NCBI GenBank assembly: GCA_965223005.1
Contig: CBDCVK010000010.1
Coordinates: 1,248,001 to 1,312,000, forward strand
Source: Terriglobia bacterium
Lineage (GTDB): Bacteria > Acidobacteriota > Terriglobia > JAJPHL01 > JAPKYU01
Direction: 5' to 3'
DNA: 64,000 bases
Under the pieces are notes generated by a model. The model was not told the origin of the DNA and made no database searches. It saw only the letters and a program-made list of their open reading frames with translations. The translations under genes were made by a program, and so were the position numbers. Below, piece after piece: positions 61,787-64,000 of the stretch. The first letter of the stretch is position 1. Each line of letters begins with the position of its first letter.

Positions 61787-62194
61787 TCAGACGCGCCGAC
61801 GCTTGGGCGGACGGCAACCGTTGTGTGGGATCGGGGTGACGTCCTTGATATGGTTCACATGTAACCCGGCGGTCGACAGGGCCCGGACGGCCGACTCTCG
61901 CCCGGAGCCGGGTCCCTTGACGCGCACATCCACCGAGCGCATCCCCACGTCCTTGGCGCCAGAGGCCGCTCTGATTGCTGCCTGCTGCGCGGCAAATGGC
62001 GTGCCCTTGCGCGACCCCCGGAAACCTAGCGCGCCGGCGCTGGACCAGGCCACTACGTTGCCGTCTTTGTCGGTGAAGGTGACCTTCGTGTTGTTGAAGG
62101 TGGCCTGGATGTGAACCACCCCCGTGGGAATCACCTTCTTTTCCCTCTTCTTGAACTGTTTCCTCTTGCGAGTCCCTGTTGGCGACTTTGCCAT
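61787..62194 (-). CDS. rpsK: 30S ribosomal protein S11
   Basis: [26 protein letters not shown]. Confidence 0.98.
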   Translation of the reverse strand: MAKSPTGTRKRKQFKKREKKVIPTGVVHIQATFNNTKVTFTDKDGNVVAWSSAGALGFRGSRKGTPFAAQQAAIRAASGAKDVGMRSVDVRVKGPGSGRESAVRALSTAGLHVNHIKDVTPIPHNGCRPPKRRRV

Positions 62195-62255
62195 GCTGAT
62201 CGTGTCCTCTCACCGCACCGAGTGCGAATTGCTCCGGGCGGATTTCCCTGCCCGC

Positions 62256-62642
62256 CTATGTCTTGGCAGTGGCCTTCCTCTTGGCGGCGATTGCGCCTCG
62301 GCGCGGCCCCTTCCGGGTCCGCGCGTTGGTATGGGTGCGCTGCCCGTGCACCGGAAGATTCCGACGGTGACGCTGCCCACGGTACGCCCCGACCTCGATA
62401 AGGCGCCGGACGTTCATGGTGATTTCCTTGTGCAAATCGCCTTCCACACCGCCTTCCTCCTCCAAGAGCTGGCGGATCCGGTTGATCTCCTCCTCATTCA
62501 GATCGCCTACTTTCTTGGCCGGGTCCACTTCCGCGCGATGCACAATGGAAAGCGCCCTCGACAGGCCAATTCCGTAAATGTAGGTCAGCCCGTACGGAAC
62601 CCGCTTCCCCCGGGGCAGATCCACTCCCGCAATGCGCGCCAT
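62256..62642 (-). CDS. rpsM: 30S ribosomal protein S13
   Basis: [27 protein letters not shown]. Confidence 0.97.
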   Translation of the reverse strand: MARIAGVDLPRGKRVPYGLTYIYGIGLSRALSIVHRAEVDPAKKVGDLNEEEINRIRQLLEEEGGVEGDLHKEITMNVRRLIEVGAYRGQRHRRNLPVHGQRTHTNARTRKGPRRGAIAAKRKATAKT

Positions 62643-62698
62643 ACCACCCTTCCTTCCTCGAGCAGCGCCTGGATTGCCACAGCGCCTAGTGGCCAGCT

Positions 62699-62812
62699 TC
62701 AACCTTGCCGCTGCTTGTGTTTCGGATTCTCGCAGATCACCCGCACCACCCCATGGCGGCGAATAATCTTGCACTTGTCACACATCTTGCGTACCGAAGC
62801 GCGTACCTTCAT
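62699..62812 (-). CDS. rpmJ: 50S ribosomal protein L36 (not in ORF track)
   Basis: [37 protein letters not shown] translated by hand. Confidence 0.97.
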   Translation of the reverse strand: MKVRASVRKMCDKCKIIRRHGVVRVICENPKHKQRQG

Positions 62813-62892
62813 GCTTCCTCACAAACGGAGATTTCATAGCGCCCTGAGGCGCGCGCGACGCTGTGGCTGGCTTTCCCCAGCCATCGGCGCCT

Positions 62893-63114
62893 CTACATCT
62901 CCTTGCATACGATGCGCCCACGGGCCGAATCCAGCGGCGACGGCTCCACCCGGACTCGGTCCCCCGGAAGCAGACGAACAAAGTTTTTGCGCAACTTCCC
63001 GGCCACGTGGCAAAGGAGTCGCCTGCGGTCCTCAAGCGCGACGCGGAACAGCAGACGGGGTAGTTGCTCCACCACTGTAGCGGCCACCTCCTGCGCGAGT
63101 TTGGGCCGACTCAT
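62893..63114 (-). CDS. infA: Translation initiation factor IF-1 (divergent)
   Basis: VVEQLP...FRVAL...GKLRKNFVRLLPGDRV...RGRI; position between map and rpmJ. Confidence 0.8.
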   Translation of the reverse strand: MSRPKLAQEVAATVVEQLPRLLFRVALEDRRRLLCHVAGKLRKNFVRLLPGDRVRVEPSPLDSARGRIVCKEM

Positions 63115-63127
63115 GCAGCATTCCTCG

Positions 63128-63877
63128 CTAGGGGCGCGTCAGGACCCAAGGACCATTGCCGGTCACCGCCACGGTATGCTCAAAATGGGCGGAATAGCCT
63201 CCGTCGGCGGTCACCGCCGTCCACCGGTCCTGCAACACCTGAGCTTCGCCGGAGCCGGTATTGACCATCGGCTCGATGGCCATCACCATGCCCTCGCGTA
63301 GGCGCGGCCCCTCGCCCGGGCTGCCGAAGTTGGGCACCTGGGGATCTTCGTGCAACTTCCGGCCGATGCCGTGACCGACAAAATCACGCACCACCGAATA
63401 GCCGTGCGCTTCCACGTGTTTCTGCACTGCCGAGCAAACATCCCCCAGCCGGTTTCCCACACGGACCTGGTGAATCGCCAGATCCAAAGATTCCCGGGTG
63501 ACCCTCAGCAACCGTTCCAGGTCGGGGGAAATCGGACCCACCGGGATAGTCACCGCCGAATCCCCGTAATAGCCATCCAGTTCCACTCCGATATCCACCT
63601 TGAGGATATCGCCCTCATGCAATGAGCGGTCGCGTGATGGGATTCCGTGCACGATCTCGTTGTTAATCGAGGTACACAGCACACAAGGGTAGCCATAGTA
63701 GCCTTTGAATGCCGCCCGTGCGCCGGCCTCCTGGATCCTCCGTTCCGCCGTACGTTCCAGCTCCGCCGTCGAGACCCCCGGCTGAACCATCTCCCTCAGT
63801 TCCCCGAGAATCTGCCCGACTAACAAGCCGCTGCGGCGCATCTTTTCCAGTTCCGCCGCTGACTTGCAAAGAATCAT
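63128..63877 (-). CDS. map: Methionine aminopeptidase type I
   Basis: HGIP, DIG, GDSA, GHGIG, HEDP, IEPM, HFEHT. Confidence 0.97.
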   Translation of the reverse strand: MILCKSAAELEKMRRSGLLVGQILGELREMVQPGVSTAELERTAERRIQEAGARAAFKGYYGYPCVLCTSINNEIVHGIPSRDRSLHEGDILKVDIGVELDGYYGDSAVTIPVGPISPDLERLLRVTRESLDLAIHQVRVGNRLGDVCSAVQKHVEAHGYSVVRDFVGHGIGRKLHEDPQVPNFGSPGEGPRLREGMVMAIEPMVNTGSGEAQVLQDRWTAVTADGGYSAHFEHTVAVTGNGPWVLTRP

Positions 63878-64000
63878 CGCGCGCCGGTACAGCCTGCGCG
63901 TTCCAGGATTCGAAACAGCGCGTCGCTGATGGTCGCCGGGTCCGGATTGGCGTCTACTTCAAAGAAGCTGCTCCGCCCGCGATAAAAATCCACCAACGGC
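63874..64000 (-). CDS. adk: Adenylate kinase C-terminus (partial)
   Basis: PLVDFYR...FEVDA...; ATGA overlap with map; adk-map synteny. Confidence 0.7.
   Translation of the reverse strand, partial: PLVDFYRGRSSFFEVDANPDPATISDALFRILERAGCTGAR

Noticed and set aside
1-64000. CRISPR array, tRNA, rRNA
   Set aside because: No repeat-spacer periodicity or RNA gene signatures seen; all tandem repeats lack unique spacers.

Overview
GC-rich bacterial chromosome segment that looks acidobacterial (VWA proteins, TIGR03437-type surface protein, bactofilin/methyltransferase pair, extended LptC/LptA protein, short Hfq). Most of it is housekeeping: iolD, aldolase, BMC shell protein and acylating aldehyde dehydrogenase, tsaC, ppiD, FBP aldolase/phosphatase, purA, molybdenum cofactor genes, priA-udg-coaBC-rpoZ-gmk-yicC, msbA-like ABC, lpt-rpoN-hpf-rapZ, pdp and the adk-map-infA-rpmJ-rpsM-rpsK-rpsD-rpoA-rplQ block. 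The main unexplained object is at about 11378-12323. An exact 299-bp copy of the 3' end of a VWA gene sits inside the loop of nested long-range stems. Their non-Watson-Crick pairs are mostly G-U on the + strand, which suggests a structured ncRNA scaffold carrying an antisense copy of the neighbouring gene. Also present: a 2.65-kb IS1-like element with 17-bp terminal IRs, a deleted transposase and three passenger genes; a decayed nupC/cdd salvage operon; a sigma-like/zinc-anti-sigma fusion; many short tandem duplications at gene ends; and several single-base frameshifts that are probably sequencing errors. All annotations come from motif recognition, not database searches.
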